Positions 8,915-21,178 of a stretch of 64,000 nucleotides of DNA are shown here, one piece after another; within the stretch, counting starts at the first letter, position 1, and each line of letters starts with the position of its first letter. The DNA comes from an uncultured Candidatus Rokubacteria bacterium (GTDB lineage Bacteria > Methylomirabilota > Methylomirabilia > Rokubacteriales > CSP1-6). The DNA is taken from assembly GCA_963758635.1 (NCBI GenBank), contig CAVWWD010000008.1, positions 896,001-960,000 on the forward strand, read 5' to 3'. The notes below the pieces were generated by a model. That model had not been told where the DNA came from, searched no databases, and saw only the letters and a list, made by a program, of their open reading frames with translations. The translations under genes and the position numbers were made by a program.

Positions 8915-11900
8915 TCAGCCGCGCCGCGCATCCGGAGCCAGGTATCGAAGCGTGCGAGGCGCGCGACGCGCGGCGGGGGTGCCGCGCCGGCGGCGAAGGC
9001 GCCAGGGGCGGCCGCGACGGAGCGCAGGGCCGCGGGCCGGCGCGCCGCGCGAAGCTCGGGACGCGGCCCAGCGCGCGGGCCACGTCCTCGAAGATCGAGT
9101 AGGCCACCGGCGTCACCAGGAGCGTCAGCAGGAGCGAGAGCGTCTGGCCGCCGATGACGACCACGGCGATCGCGCGGCGCTCCTCCGCGCCCGGTCCCGT
9201 GCCGAGCCAGAGCGGCAGCATGCCCGCGACGAGGGCGAGCGTGGTCATCAGGATGGGTCGGAGCCGGTTCCGGTTGCCCTCCATGATCGCCTCGTGCCGG
9301 GGCAGGCCCTCCGCGCGCAGGTTGTTCATGTGGTCGATCTGCAGGATCGCGTTCTTCTTCACCACGCCGAAGAGGACGAGGATGCCGAGGGCGGAATAGA
9401 GGTTCAGCGTGTTGCCGGTGTACCAGAGGGAGAGGAGCGCGAAGGGGACCGACAGCGGCAGCGAGAGCAGGATCGTGAACGGGTGGATCAGGCTCTCGAA
9501 CTGCGCGGCGAGGATCATGTACATGAAGATCACGGACAGCAGGAAGACCCAGAGGAACTCCGTGAAGGTTCGCTCGAGCTCGCGCGCCCGCCCCGAGATC
9601 GCCGTGCTGTAGCCCGGCGGCAGGCCCATCTTCGCCACCTCGCCGCGGAGGGCGGCGATCCGGTCGGCCTGGCCGTGACCGGGCAGCACGCTCGCCCGGA
9701 GCCGCACCTCGCGCTGGCGGTCGGAGCGGTCGATACGCGAGGCGGTGAAGCCGGGGGCGATGGTCACGACGTTGTCGAGCCGGACGAGGCTGCTCGGGCC
9801 GGGGGGCGCGTCCTGACGCGACACCAGGAGCCGCGAGATGGTGCCGCGATCGGCGCGATCCTTCTCGCTGAGCCGGAGCTGCACGTAGTAGTCCTCGTCG
9901 ATCGTCGGGTCGCGGAAGCGGGAGACCTCGGTGTCACCGCCCACCATGAGCCGGAGCGCGGCGGCGATCTGCTCGGTGTCGACCTTGAGGTCGGCGGCGC
10001 GCTCGCGGTCGATGCGCACGCGCAGCTCGGGCCGGTCGAGCCGGAGCGTCGTGTCCGGGTCAGCGATGCCGCCCAGCGCGATCGCGCGCAGCCGCAGGTC
10101 CTCGGCGAGGCGGGACAGCTCGCGCAGGTCGGGGCCGCGCAGGACGAAGTCGATGTCGAAGCTGCCGCCGCCGATGTTGAACCCCGGGATGTTGCGCACG
10201 AGGATGCGGAAGTCTCGGATACTTGCGGAGCCGCTGCCGCACCTCGGCCATCACGTCCCGCTGGCTGTAGTTGCCCCGGAAGGCCGCGCCGGGATCCCCG
10301 CGCAGGGTCTCACGCCAGAGCCGCGCCAGCCCGAAGGTGCGCTCCTCGTGGGGGGCGATGCGGACGTACATGTTCCCCTGGCTGACGCGGCCGAGGAAGC
10401 CGCCGCCGCCCGTGACGAGCACGCTGCGCACGCCGGGGACCTTGCCGAACGTCGGCGGACAGGGCCCGCACGAACTCGTCCATGGCGGGCAGCGAGATGC
10501 CCTCGGGGCCGTTGATCGTGGCCTCGAACTCGCTCTCGTCCACGTCGGAGGGCGTGTACTCCTGCTTGACCCAGCCGTAGATCGGCCACGTCGCGGCGAT
10601 GACGGCGATGGACAGCGCGACGATGCCCCAGCGGTAGCGGAGCGACACGCGCAGGCTCGCCGCGTAGCCGCGGTCGAGCCAGGCGTAGAAGCCGCGGCGG
10701 GACGCCGCCGTGTCGTGGCCGGCCTCGCCCGGGTCGCGCACGCGGATCATGCGTGCGCTCATCATCGGCGTGAGCGTGAAGGACACGAGCAGGCTGACCA
10801 TGACCGACACCGCCGCCGTCATGCCGAACTGGTAGAGGAACCGTCCCGACACGCTCGACATGAACGACACGGGCAGGAAGATGACCACGAGGCTGAACGT
10901 GGTCGCCATCACGGCGAGGCCGATGTCCGCGGTGGCGGCGCGCGCCGCCTCCATCCGCGTCATCTTCTTCTCCTCGACGAAGCGGAAGATGTTCTCGAGG
11001 ACGACGATGGCGTCGTCGATGACGATGCCGACCATGAGCACCAGCGCGAGCATCGTCACGCTGTTGAGGGTGAAGCCGAGCGCCCACATCATGCCGAACG
11101 CGGAGATCACCGAGCAGGGGATGGCGACGCCGGCGATGATGGTGGACTGCCAGTTCCGCATGAACAGCAGCACGACGAGGGAGGCGAGGATCGACCCGAG
11201 GATCAGGTGGACCTCGATCTCGTGCAGCGCGGCGTAGATGTAGCGCGACTGGTCGCGGATGACCTGGAGGCGCACGTCGGCCGGCATCTGGGCGCCGAGC
11301 CGCGTGAGGCTCTGCCTTGGCCGCCTCGATCACGGCGACCGTGTTCTCCCCGGACTGCCGCCGCACCTCGAGGATGACGGAGGGCACGCCGTTGAGCCGC
11401 GCCACCGAGCGCTGCTCGGCGGTGCCGTCCTCGGCGCGGCCCACGTCGCGGACGCGGATGGGGGCGCCGTTGACGGTGGCGATCACGAGGTCGTCGAACG
11501 CGCGCGGGTCGGCGATGCGGCCCATGGTGCGGAGCGACGACTCGCGGGAGCCCGCGGTGACGTTGCCGCCGGGCATGTCCGCGTTCTGTCGGACGAGCGC
11601 CTCGCGCACGGTCACGATCGGGATCTGGTAGGCGGCGAGCCGGTCGGCGTCGACCCAGACGTTGATCGCGCGGTTGAGGCCGCCGATGAGGCGGACCTCG
11701 CCCACGCCGGAGGAGCGCTCGAGCCCGACCTTCACGATCTTGTCCGCCAGCTCGGTCAGCTCGCGCAACGGCCGCTCGCCGGCCACCGCCACCGTGAGCA
11801 CGGGCGACTGGTCGTTGTCCGTCTTCGCGATGATCGGGACCTTGGCGTCGCGCGGGAGGTTGCGGATGGCCAGGGCCACCTTCTCGCGCACGTCTTGCGC

Positions 11901-12215
11901 GGCCACGTCGATGTTGCGGCGCAGCTCGAACTCCACGATGACGATGGACTGGCTGGGTCCGGAGATCGACCGGAGCTCCCGGATGCCCTGCACGGTGTTG
12001 ACGAACTGCTCGATCTCGCGCGAGACCTGGGTCTCGACCTCCTCGGCCGAGGCCCCGGGCAGCTCGGTGCGGATGACCACGGTCGGAACGTCGACGGCGG
12101 GGAAGCGGTCGACGCCGAGGCGGGCCCACGAGGCCGCGCCGACCACGACCAGCGAGAGCACGAGCATGGCCGCGAAGACGGGACGCTTGATGCAGACCTC
12201 GGCGAGCTTCTGCAC
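8915..12215 (-). CDS. RND efflux transporter permease (AcrB/MdtB family); several frameshifts, 3' end approximate
   Basis: CIKRPVFAAML, DRFPAVDVP, GIVIDDAIVVLENIFR, LAAQFESLIHP, RLRPILMTTLA spread over four frames. Confidence 0.92.
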
Positions 12216-12253
12216 GGCTTAGCTCGAGGCTCCCGCGTTCCGGGCGCGGGGCC

Positions 12254-13471
12254 TCATGGCTCGACGGTCACCGGCTGCCCGGCGGTGAGCGTGCCGGGAC
12301 GGGCCACCACGCGGGTGCCCGGCTTCACCCCGGACACGATCTCCACCCGGTCCCCCTGCCGGCGACCGGTCTGCACGCGCACCTCGACCGCCTTGCCCTT
12401 GTCGACGGTGAGCACCTTCTCGACGCCGGCGAAGGTGACCACGGCATCCGCGGGGATCGTGGTGACGCGCACGTCGCCGGCCACGACGATGTCGGCCTTG
12501 GCGAACGCCCCGGGTCGGAGCGCCGCCTTCTCGTTGGGCACCTCGGCCTCGACGAGGAGCGTGCGGTTCTGCTCGGAGATGGCGGGCGCGAGGCGGACGA
12601 CGCGGGCGCGATGCTCGCCCGGCGCGCCGTCCACGATGACGATGACGCCCTGGCCGATGCGCACGCCCGAGGCGTCGCGCTCGGGAACGGAGAGGCGGAG
12701 CCGTAGCGGGTGGAGCTTGACGATGGTGGCGACGGGGGCGCCGGCGGCGAGGTACTCGCCCACCGACGCGCGCCGCTCGCTCACCGCGCCGTCGATGGGA
12801 GCGGCGACGACGGTGTCGGCCAGGCGCTGGCGCGCCAGGTCGACCTCGGAGCGCCGCTGCAGGAGCACGCCCTGCCGGATGCGCACCTCCTCCACCGCGT
12901 CCTGGTAGCGGCCCTCCGCCACCTCGAGCGCGGCCACCGCCGTGTCCACCTGGGCCCGGGCGATCAGCTCCTGCTTCCAGAGCCGCTCGGCCCGATCGCG
13001 CGTGAGCCGGGCCTCCTCGAGGACGGCGCGCGCCTGACGCGCCACCGCGGTGTTCTCGGGCTGGATGCGGTCGTCGGTGCCCTCCGGAGGGAGCCCGAGC
13101 CGGGACCGGGCCTGCTGGAGCGCCGCCACCGCCTGATCCACGACGAGCTGCGCGTCGGTGGGATCGAGGCGCGCCACGACCTGCCCGCGCTTGACGATCG
13201 TGCCGAGGTCCACGTGGAGCTCGCCGACCCGGCCCGCGACCTTCGTGCCCAGGACGACTTGCTCGTCGGCGGCCAGGGTGCCGGTGGCGTTGACGCGACG
13301 GTCGGTGACCGACTCCTCCGCGCTCACGAGCTTGACGGCGCGCGGCTTGGCCTCGCGCGCCGCGCTGGGCGGTGGCGCCGCGGTACCCGTTCCGTCGCAG
13401 GCGCCCAGGCCGAGGGCGGCGGCCAGGCCGAGCCCGACGGACAGCCGAGCGCGCCGGAGGGGGCGAGGCAT
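12254..13471 (-). CDS. RND periplasmic adaptor subunit (lipoprotein)
   Basis: LGLGAC lipobox; KVAGRVGELHVDLGTIVKRGQ, APIDGAVSER, LRPGAFAKADI. Confidence 0.9.
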   Translation of the reverse strand: MPRPLRRARLSVGLGLAAALGLGACDGTGTAAPPPSAAREAKPRAVKLVSAEESVTDRRVNATGTLAADEQVVLGTKVAGRVGELHVDLGTIVKRGQVVARLDPTDAQLVVDQAVAALQQARSRLGLPPEGTDDRIQPENTAVARQARAVLEEARLTRDRAERLWKQELIARAQVDTAVAALEVAEGRYQDAVEEVRIRQGVLLQRRSEVDLARQRLADTVVAAPIDGAVSERRASVGEYLAAGAPVATIVKLHPLRLRLSVPERDASGVRIGQGVIVIVDGAPGEHRARVVRLAPAISEQNRTLLVEAEVPNEKAALRPGAFAKADIVVAGDVRVTTIPADAVVTFAGVEKVLTVDKGKAVEVRVQTGRRQGDRVEIVSGVKPGTRVVARPGTLTAGQPVTVEP

Positions 13472-13500
13472 GGGGCCATCGTACACCGCCGGTCTGCGCA

Positions 13501-14391
13501 TCAGAGGTGCGGGAGGACGGCGGCGGCGAAGAGCCACGTCCCCTCGGGGCGGGGGGAGTCGGCGAAGTGGACGGTGAGGCGGTGCGCGCCCTGCGCGATC
13601 GCGTCGCGGAGCGCCTCGGTGACCTGGGCGGGCGTGCCCACGAGCCGGCCCGCCTCCATGGGGCGGACGTGCGGCGCCGCCTTCGAGGCGCTCGAGCTCG
13701 CGCTCGCTGTCTCGGCGATCAGGATGCCCACGCGCAGGACCTGCCGGATCCGATCGTAGTCGCGGCCGGCGTCCTTGCAGTGCTGCTTGAGCACCTCCTG
13801 CTTGTGCGCGTACAGCGCCCGGTCGCGGTAACCGTAGTTCCACCAGTCCGCGTGGCGCGCCACCACGCGGAGGAGGTGCTTCTCGCCGTGGCCGCCCACC
13901 ATGACGGGCGGGATCGGGTCCGGCCGCGACTCGCAGTACGCTCCCGCGATCCGGTAGTGCTGGCCCTCGTAGCTCGCGGGGGCGGCCGTCCACATCAGCC
14001 GGATCACCTCGATCGCCTCGGCGAGCTGCGCGATGCGGACGGGCGCGGGCGGGTACGGCCAGCCGTAGGCGCGGTACTCCTCCTCGTTCCAGCCCGCGCC
14101 GATGCCGAGCACGACGCGCCCGCCGGACAGCGCCTGCGACGTCGCGACCATCTTGGCGAGGAGCGCGGGGTTCCGGAAGCTGTTGCAGAGCACCTCGTGG
14201 CCGCAGAGCTTGTCCGGGTAGCGCGCGAGCGCGTGGGCGAGGAGGCTCCATCCCTCGGCGACCTTGTTGCCCCCGTACTGCACGTGATCGGGGAACCAGA
14301 GGGAGTCGAACGGGCTCGCCGTCCGGTCGAGGTAGGGAAAGGTGTCCTCCATGAGACGCGACCAGACGTTGAGGCCGACGGGAACGGGCAT
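13501..14391 (-). CDS. LLM-class flavin-dependent oxidoreductase
   Basis: FDSLWFPDH, RNPALLAKMVATSQALSGGRVVLGIGAGW, PPVMVGG. Confidence 0.9.
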   Translation of the reverse strand: MPVPVGLNVWSRLMEDTFPYLDRTASPFDSLWFPDHVQYGGNKVAEGWSLLAHALARYPDKLCGHEVLCNSFRNPALLAKMVATSQALSGGRVVLGIGAGWNEEEYRAYGWPYPPAPVRIAQLAEAIEVIRLMWTAAPASYEGQHYRIAGAYCESRPDPIPPVMVGGHGEKHLLRVVARHADWWNYGYRDRALYAHKQEVLKQHCKDAGRDYDRIRQVLRVGILIAETASASSSASKAAPHVRPMEAGRLVGTPAQVTEALRDAIAQGAHRLTVHFADSPRPEGTWLFAAAVLPHL

Positions 14392-14402
14392 CGGGAGCGG
14401 GC

Positions 14403-15374
14403 TCAGAACCAGTTCGACTTGTCGACGACGTTCCGGAGCGGCTGGCCTCCGAGGAAGCGACGGGCGTTGTCGGCGAGGATCTCGAAGCGGCGCTCGTCCA
14501 GGTACGGGCCGCGGCCCGCGGTGTGCGGCGTGATCAGCACCCCGGGCATGGTCCACAGCGGGTGGTCGGCGGGCAGAGGCTCCTGCTCGAACACGTCGAG
14601 GCCAGCGCCGGCGATCTCGCCCGCCTCGAGCGCGGCCACGAGGTCGTCGAGGCGCGTGGTGCGCCCGCGGCCGATGTTGATGAAGAAGCCCGTGCGTTTC
14701 ATGCGGGCGAAGCGGGCCCGGTTCATGAACCCCTCGGTGGCCGGGGTGTGCGGGACGGTGAGGATCACGAAGTCGGCGAGGGGCAGGAGCGCGTCGAGGG
14801 CGTCGGGGCCGTCCAGCTTCATGACGCCGGGCGGCGCCTCGCGGCGGCGCGCGTCCACGCCCATCACGTGCATGCCGAACGCCGCGCAGAGCCGCGCCGC
14901 CTCGCTGCCGATGCCGCCCACGCCCACGATCAGCGCGGTGGACTCCGGCAGGTGCACGACGCCCGCGTCCTCGGCGCGCTCGCGCTTCCACTCGCGGCGG
15001 AGCTGCTGCGGGATGTAGCGGTGGAGGCCGCGGGCGAAGGCGAGGACGAACGCCATGATGTGGGCGCCGATGTGGTCGTTGAAGATCTCGCGGAAGTTCG
15101 TCACCGCGACGGGATGCGCGATCAGGTCCGCGTAGTAGTAGCCGGCGGGCGGCGCGGCCTGCGGCGCCTGGAGCCACCGCAGGCGCGGCGCCCGGCGCAG
15201 GAGATCGGGCGTGAGCGTGCCGAAGGCCGCGTCGGCGGCGGCGATGGCGCTCTCGGCCTCGGCGTCGGTTTCGGCGACGACGACCGACAGCCCGGGCGCG
15301 GCGGCGCCGAGCCGCACGGCCCACTGCCGGGTGACGTCGGTCTGCGGCGGCAGCATCACGAGGGTCGTCGGCAT
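14403..15374 (-). CDS. D-2-hydroxyacid dehydrogenase
   Basis: IVGVGGIG, INIGRG, LDVFEQEPLP, ITPHTAG. Confidence 0.92.
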   Translation of the reverse strand: MPTTLVMLPPQTDVTRQWAVRLGAAAPGLSVVVAETDAEAESAIAAADAAFGTLTPDLLRRAPRLRWLQAPQAAPPAGYYYADLIAHPVAVTNFREIFNDHIGAHIMAFVLAFARGLHRYIPQQLRREWKRERAEDAGVVHLPESTALIVGVGGIGSEAARLCAAFGMHVMGVDARRREAPPGVMKLDGPDALDALLPLADFVILTVPHTPATEGFMNRARFARMKRTGFFINIGRGRTTRLDDLVAALEAGEIAGAGLDVFEQEPLPADHPLWTMPGVLITPHTAGRGPYLDERRFEILADNARRFLGGQPLRNVVDKSNWF

Positions 15375-15444
15375 GGCGCCGACACTAGCCGATCGGCCCG
15401 GCCGCCGTCAACGCGAGGAGACCCGGGCGTCGGCCGCCTGGATC

Positions 15445-16332
15445 TCAGGCCGCGGGCTTGATCTCCCGGGCGATGCGTTCCATGGCCGCGGTCATGGCCG
15501 GGACACCATCGCGGGGCAGGTCGAAGGTCATCCACTCGGCGCCGAGGCTCTTCACGCGGCGGAGGTCCCCGAGGACCTCGTCGAGGGAGCCCTGGAACGC
15601 CGCGCGGCCCGCGCCGGCGGGCCTGGCGGTGAGCGCGAGGAGATTGCGCGGGGCGAGCCCGGGCGCCGGCGAGCGGCCGAAGCGCCCGGCGAGGTCGCGC
15701 ATGGTGGCGACGCCACGCTCCAGGTCGTCCAGCGTGAGCCCCAGCGGATGCCAGGCGTCGCCCAGCTCGGCCGCGCGGCGGACCGGCGCGTCGGAGAGCG
15801 CGCCGGGCGCGCCGCCGACCCAGATGGGCGGCCCCGGCGTCTGAACGGGCCGCGGCGCGAAGGTCGCTCCGCTGAAATCGAGGTAGCGGCCCTTGTAGGC
15901 GGGGACGTCGGCGGACCACGCCGCCTTGATCGCGCGGATGTAGTCGTCGCTCATTCGCCCGCGCTCGCGAAACGGGAGCCCGAGATCCTTGAACTCGGCC
16001 TCATCCCAGCCCACGCCGACGCCGAAGATGAAGCGCCCGCCCGACACCTGATCGACGGTGGCGGCGGCCTTGGCGGTGACAAGCCCGTTCCGATACGGCA
16101 GCACGATGACGCTGGCGCCCAGGTGGATGCGACTCGTGCGGCCGGCGAGGTAGGCGAGGAGCGAGAACGGGTCCGGCCAGTGCGCCCCGTAGTGCTGGGT
16201 GGTGGCGGGCTTGGCCAGGATGTGATCGGGAACGAACACGCCGTCGATGTCCAGCTCCTCCGCGCGAACCGCGAGCGATTCCGCCTCTTGGCTCGAGAGC
16301 TGCCAGATCGGGAGCACCACGCCAATCTTCAT
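15445..16332 (-). CDS. LLM-class (putative F420-dependent) oxidoreductase
   Basis: MKIGVVLP, VPDH, AKAAATVDQVSGGRFIFGVGVGW, PPIWVGG. Confidence 0.9.
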   Translation of the reverse strand: MKIGVVLPIWQLSSQEAESLAVRAEELDIDGVFVPDHILAKPATTQHYGAHWPDPFSLLAYLAGRTSRIHLGASVIVLPYRNGLVTAKAAATVDQVSGGRFIFGVGVGWDEAEFKDLGLPFRERGRMSDDYIRAIKAAWSADVPAYKGRYLDFSGATFAPRPVQTPGPPIWVGGAPGALSDAPVRRAAELGDAWHPLGLTLDDLERGVATMRDLAGRFGRSPAPGLAPRNLLALTARPAGAGRAAFQGSLDEVLGDLRRVKSLGAEWMTFDLPRDGVPAMTAAMERIAREIKPAA

Positions 16333-16385
16333 CGCGTTCCTCCTTCCGTGCGGTGGCGCCCAGTCTAACAGGGCGCGGCGCGCGC

Positions 16386-16415
16386 TTGACTCTCGACCGC
16401 GCGTGCTCCTAGACT
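16386..16415 (+). promoter_or_regulatory. sigma70-like promoter of the SBP56 gene
   Basis: TTGACT-18 nt-TAGACT, about 75 nt upstream of the start codon. Confidence 0.5.
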
Positions 16416-16488
16416 CCTCGCATCCTTTCCTTCCCGTCGTGGTCCGGAAGATGCCGATAACCGACCCTCCCATGAGGAGCCCACTCAC

Positions 16489-17881
16489 ATGGCGACCCTG
16501 AGGCCCGATCCGACGTTCTACACCTCGCCGCGGCTGGCAATGCAGGCGCCCCCGGAAAAGCACGCGTACGTGGCCGACTTCGACCCAGGGCGCGCGCGCG
16601 CCGATCGGCTCGCGGTCGTCGACGTGGACCCGGCGTCGGCGAGCTACGCGAAGATCGTCGGGCGGGTCGAGGTGCCGGGTGCGGGCGACGAGCTGCACCA
16701 CTTCGGGTGGAACGCCTGCAGCTCCTGCCTGTGCCCCAACGCCCCGCACCCTCACGTCGAGCGCCGCTACCTGATCGCCCCGGGGCTGCGCTCCTCGAAC
16801 ATCCACGTCTTCGACACCCGGCCCGATCCCACCAAGCCGCGGCTCGTGAAGACGATCCCGGCCAAGGAGCTGGCGGCGAAGGCTGGCTACTCGCGGCCGC
16901 ACACCGTGCACTGCGGTCCCGACGGGATCTACCTCACCGCGCTCGCCAACGCCGAGGGCAAGGAGCCGGGCGGCATCTTCGTGCTCGAGCACGACACGTT
17001 CGACGTCCGCGGCGCCTGGGAGGTCCAGCGCGGCCCGCAACGATTCGGCTACGACGCGTGGTGGCACCTCGGGCACGACACGATGGTGTCCAGCGAATGG
17101 GGCACGCCCGACATGTTCGAGGCGGGCCTCGTGCCCGAGCTCCTGCTCGGCGCGAAGTACGGGCGGAAGCTCCACTTCTGGGATCTGCAACGGCGCACCC
17201 ACGTGCAGGAGATCGACTTCGGCCCCGACTACCAGCTCGTCTTCGAGCTGCGCCCCGCCCACGACCCGACGAAGGCCTACGGCTTCGTCAACTGCGTGCT
17301 CGGGCTCAAGGACCTCGGATCCTCGATCTGGATGTGGCATCGCGACGGCCAGAAGTGGGCGGTGACGAAGGTGATCGACATCCCCGCCGAGCCCGCCGAC
17401 CCCGACAAGCTGCCGCCCATGCTCAAGGGCTTCAAGGCGTGTCCGCCGCTCGTCACCGACATCGACCTGTCGGTGGACGACAAGTTCCTCTACGTCTCGT
17501 GCTGGGGCACCGGCGACCTCCAGCAGTACAACGTCTCCGACCCCTTCCGTCCGAAGCTCACCGGGAAGGTGAGGATCGGCGGGCATCGTCGCGCGAGCGC
17601 CGCATCCGGCCGGGGGCCAGGCGCTCAACGGCGGACCACAGATGGTCGAGGTGAGCCGCGACGGGCGCCGCGTGTACTTCACCAACTCGCTGTACGGCGT
17701 GATCGACGACCAGTTCTACCCGGACGGCGTGAAGGGGTGGATGGCCAAGATCGACGCGCGGCCCGAGGGCGGCATGGAGCTGGACCGCCGGTTCTTCATC
17801 GACTGGCCGGAAGGCTACCGGCCGCACCAGGTGCGCCTGCAGGGCGGCGACGCGTCGTCGGACTCCTACTGCTACCCGTGA
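16489..17881 (+). CDS. selenium-binding protein SBP56 / methanethiol oxidase family; frameshift near 17580
   Basis: DPTFYTSP, GDELHHFGWNACSSCLC, SRPHTVHC, SSEWGTP; C-terminal MVEVSRDGRRVYFTNSLY..GGDASSDSYCYP. Confidence 0.93.
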
Positions 17882-17941
17882 TCGGTCGGTGTCGATCCCG
17901 CCGGGCCCGGCCGCCCGCGCGCCCGGCGGGGTAGCGCACCG

Positions 17942-18586
17942 ATGACGGCATGGCTGGTCCTGGTCGGGCTGGGCGCGTTTCACGGCGTCAACCCGGCCAT
18001 GGGCTGGCTGTTCGCGGTGGCCCTCGGGCTCCACCGGGGGAGTCGGGCCGTCGTCCTCCGGTCGCTCGCGCCGATCGCGCTGGGGCATGCCCTCGCCGTC
18101 GGCCTCGTCGTCTTCGCCGTCGTGGCCCTCGGCCACGTGGTGCACCCGAGCGGGCTCGCCGTCGCCGGCGGGGTCGTGCTCATCGGCTGGGCCGTCTATC
18201 ACTACCTCTACGGGGCGAGGCATCGTGTGCGGGTCGGCATGCGCACCGGCATGATGGGCCTGGCGCTGTGGTCGTTCCTCATGGCGAGCGCGCACGGGGC
18301 GGGACTGATGCTGGTGCCGGTGCTGATGCCCTTGGCCCGGCTCGGGCCGGCGCATCACGACCACGGCGCCGTCTCCCTCGCCGGTGGAGCCTCGGTGGCC
18401 ACGGCGCTCGCCGCGGTCGGGGTGCACACGGGCGCCATGCTCGCGGTGACGGGAGCGATCGCGGTGGTCGTCTACGAGTGGGTCGGGGTGGGCTTCCTGC
18501 GCCGCGGCTGGATCAACCTGGACCTCCTGTGGACGGCGGGGCTGGTCGTCGCCGGCGCCGTTCTCATCGCCGGCGCGCTCCGGTGA
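17942..18586 (+). CDS. multi-pass membrane protein accompanying SBP56
   Basis: LGAFHGVNPAMGWLFAVALG, GHALAV, SFLMASAHGAGLML, WINLDLLW; about six TM segments. Confidence 0.8.
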   Translation: MTAWLVLVGLGAFHGVNPAMGWLFAVALGLHRGSRAVVLRSLAPIALGHALAVGLVVFAVVALGHVVHPSGLAVAGGVVLIGWAVYHYLYGARHRVRVGMRTGMMGLALWSFLMASAHGAGLMLVPVLMPLARLGPAHHDHGAVSLAGGASVATALAAVGVHTGAMLAVTGAIAVVVYEWVGVGFLRRGWINLDLLWTAGLVVAGAVLIAGALR

Positions 18587-18682
18587 CGCGCAGGGCTCCG
18601 ACGACCGCGCACGACCTCAGCGGCGAGTCACCTCGCAGAATGCGGTAACCGCCACGGGCCTCTACAGTCCCACCGCTCGGCC

Positions 18683-21029
18683 TCAGTCTGATGCGCGGGG
18701 CTCATTGGCCCGCGCCTCCTGGAGGGCCTGCCAGACGCGCGGGGCCGAGACCGGCATGTCCAGCTCGCGCACGCCGAGCGGAGCCAGCGCGTTCATGACG
18801 GCGGTCACGACGACGGGCAGCGCGCCCACGGTGCCCGCCTCCCCGGCGCCCTTGGCGCCCATCGGGTTCAGCTTGGTCGGCACCGGGCTCGACTCGATCA
18901 CCATGTCGCAGAAGTCGTCGGCCCGCGGCATCGCGTACTCCATGAACGACGCGCTCAGGAGCTGGCCCGAGTCGCGCTCGTACACGACCTGCTCCATGAG
19001 CGCCTGGCCCACGCCCTGGGCGATGCCGCCGTGGACCTGGCCCTTCAGCGTGAGCGGGTTGATCACGGTGCCGACGTCGTCCACGACCACGTAGCTGGCG
19101 AGCGTGACCGCGCCGGTGTCGGGGTCGATCTCCACCTCGCACACGTGGCAGCCGTTCGGCCACGTGTCCTGCTTGGGCACGAACGTGCCCGTCTCGTAGA
19201 GGCCGGGCTCGAGGCCCGGCGGGAGCTGGTTCGTCACGAACGCGGCCTTCGCGACCTGGGTGATGGTCACCGCGCGATCGGTGCCCGCCACCGTGAAGCG
19301 GCCGTCGGCGAACCCGATGTCCGCCTCGGCGGCCTCGAGGAGCCGCGCGGCGATCTTCTTCCCCTTGGCGATGACCTTGTCCGCCGCCGTCCAGAGCGCG
19401 CTGCCGCCGATCACCGTGGAGCGCGAGCCCATGCTCCCCATGCCGAAGCCCACGCGGTCGGTGTCGCCGTCGATGTAGCGTACCTGCGCGGGGTCCAGGC
19501 CCAGCCGCTCGTGGAGGATCTGCTTGAACGTCGTCTCGTGGCCCTGGCCCTGGTTCTTGGTGCCCATGAACACGGTGGCGCTGCCGCCCGGGCTGAAGCG
19601 GATCTCGGCGAACTCGGGCTGCGGCCCGGCCGCGCGCTCGATGGCGTTGACCACGCCGATGCCGCGGAGCTTGCCGCGCTTCTCGGACGCGGCCCGGCGC
19701 GCCGCGAAGCCGGCCACGTCGGCTAGCTTGAGCGCGCGGTCCATGCTGGTCTCGAAGTCGCCGCAGTCGTAGGTCACGCCGAGGGGGTTCTTCCACGGCA
19801 TCGCGGAGGCGGGGATGAGGTTCATCCGCCTGAGCTCGATGGGATCGCGGCCGAGCTCGCGCGCGGCGTCGTCGATCAGCCGCTCGAGCACGTACGTCGC
19901 CTCGGGCCGGCCCGCGCCCCGGTACGGCGCGGTGGCGCTCGTGTTCGTCATGACGCAGCTCACGTGCACGTAGGCGGTGGGGAACGCGTAGACGCCGGCC
20001 AGCGTGACCACGTTGCCGAAGGTGGCGAGGAGGTTCCGGTCGGACGAGACGTAGGCGCCGACGTTGGCGAGCGTCCGCACGCGGATGGCCAGGAAGCGGC
20101 CGTCGGCGTCCAGGGCCAGCTCCGCCTCGCTCACGTTGTCGCGCGCATGCTCGTCGGAGGGGATGGCCTCGCGCCGCTCGCAGGCCCAGCGGACGGGCCG
20201 CTTGATCTTCCGCGCCGCCCACAGCACGAGACGGTGTTCTGGATACTGCCAGCCCTTGGTGCCGAAGCCCCCGCCCACGTCGCCCGCGATGACGCGCACC
20301 TGGTGCTCGGGCACCTTGAAGATGTTGGTGGCGAGCGCGGAGCGGACGCGGTGGGGGTACTGCACGTCCGCGTAGAGCGTGTAGCGCTCCTCGCCGGGGT
20401 CGTAGACGCCCATGGCGCCGCGGGGCTCCATGTACTGGGCGTGGACGCGGGTGATGACGTAGCGGCGCCGCACCACGCGGTGGGCGCGCGCGAAGGCCTC
20501 GTCGGTGGCCGTCTTGTTCCCGGCCTCGAAGATGTTCGACACGTTGTCCGGGCACTCGTCCCACACCGCGGCGCAGCCCGGCTGGCCGACGTCCGCGGTG
20601 GTGGTCACCGACGGGCAGCGGCTCGTAGTCCACGTCGACCAGGTCGGCGGCATCCTCGGCCTGGGCGAGCGTCTGCGCGATGACGAGGGCCACGGGATCG
20701 CCCACGTAGCGGACGCGGTCCTCGGTGAGCCCGCGGTGGGGCCGCGCGAACATGGGCGAGCCGTCCGGACGCTTGCGCGGCAGCGTCATCTGCATCGTGC
20801 CGAGCTTGTCCTTGGCGAGATCGGCGCCGGTGAACACCGCGGTCACGCCGGGCGCCCGGCGCGCGGCGGCGGTGTCGATGCCGCGGATCCGCGCGTGCGC
20901 GTGAGGCGAGCGCACCACCACCATCCACGTCTGCCCCGGCAGCGTCATGTCACCGAGGTAGCGGCCCTCGCCGCGGACGAGACGGGGGTCCTCGAAGCGC
21001 GCCACGGACTGTCCGATGCCGAATTTCAT
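18683..21029 (-). CDS. xanthine dehydrogenase family molybdopterin-binding large subunit (CoxL-like); frameshift near 20610
   Basis: [64 protein letters not shown]. Confidence 0.93.
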
Positions 21030-21178
21030 GGGCCGTCCCTTCGGTGTGAGGTCGAGATCGCCGCGCGCGCGGCTCGCGCGTGGTCCGGGACGCATTCTAG
21101 CCCGGATTGCCCGCTGGCGATCGTCCCCGCCGGAGGCGGCAGGGCGGGGCCGGCCCCGCCCGGGGCCGGCCCCCGAGA

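Noticed and set aside
16489..17881. Selenocysteine recoding in the selenium-binding protein
   Set aside because: There is no in-frame TGA; the break is a frameshift
18683..21029. Aerobic CO dehydrogenase (form I CoxL); same question for 48886-51235
   Set aside because: The active-site loop is PYRGAGR, not AYxCSFR, and there are no coxM/coxS genes
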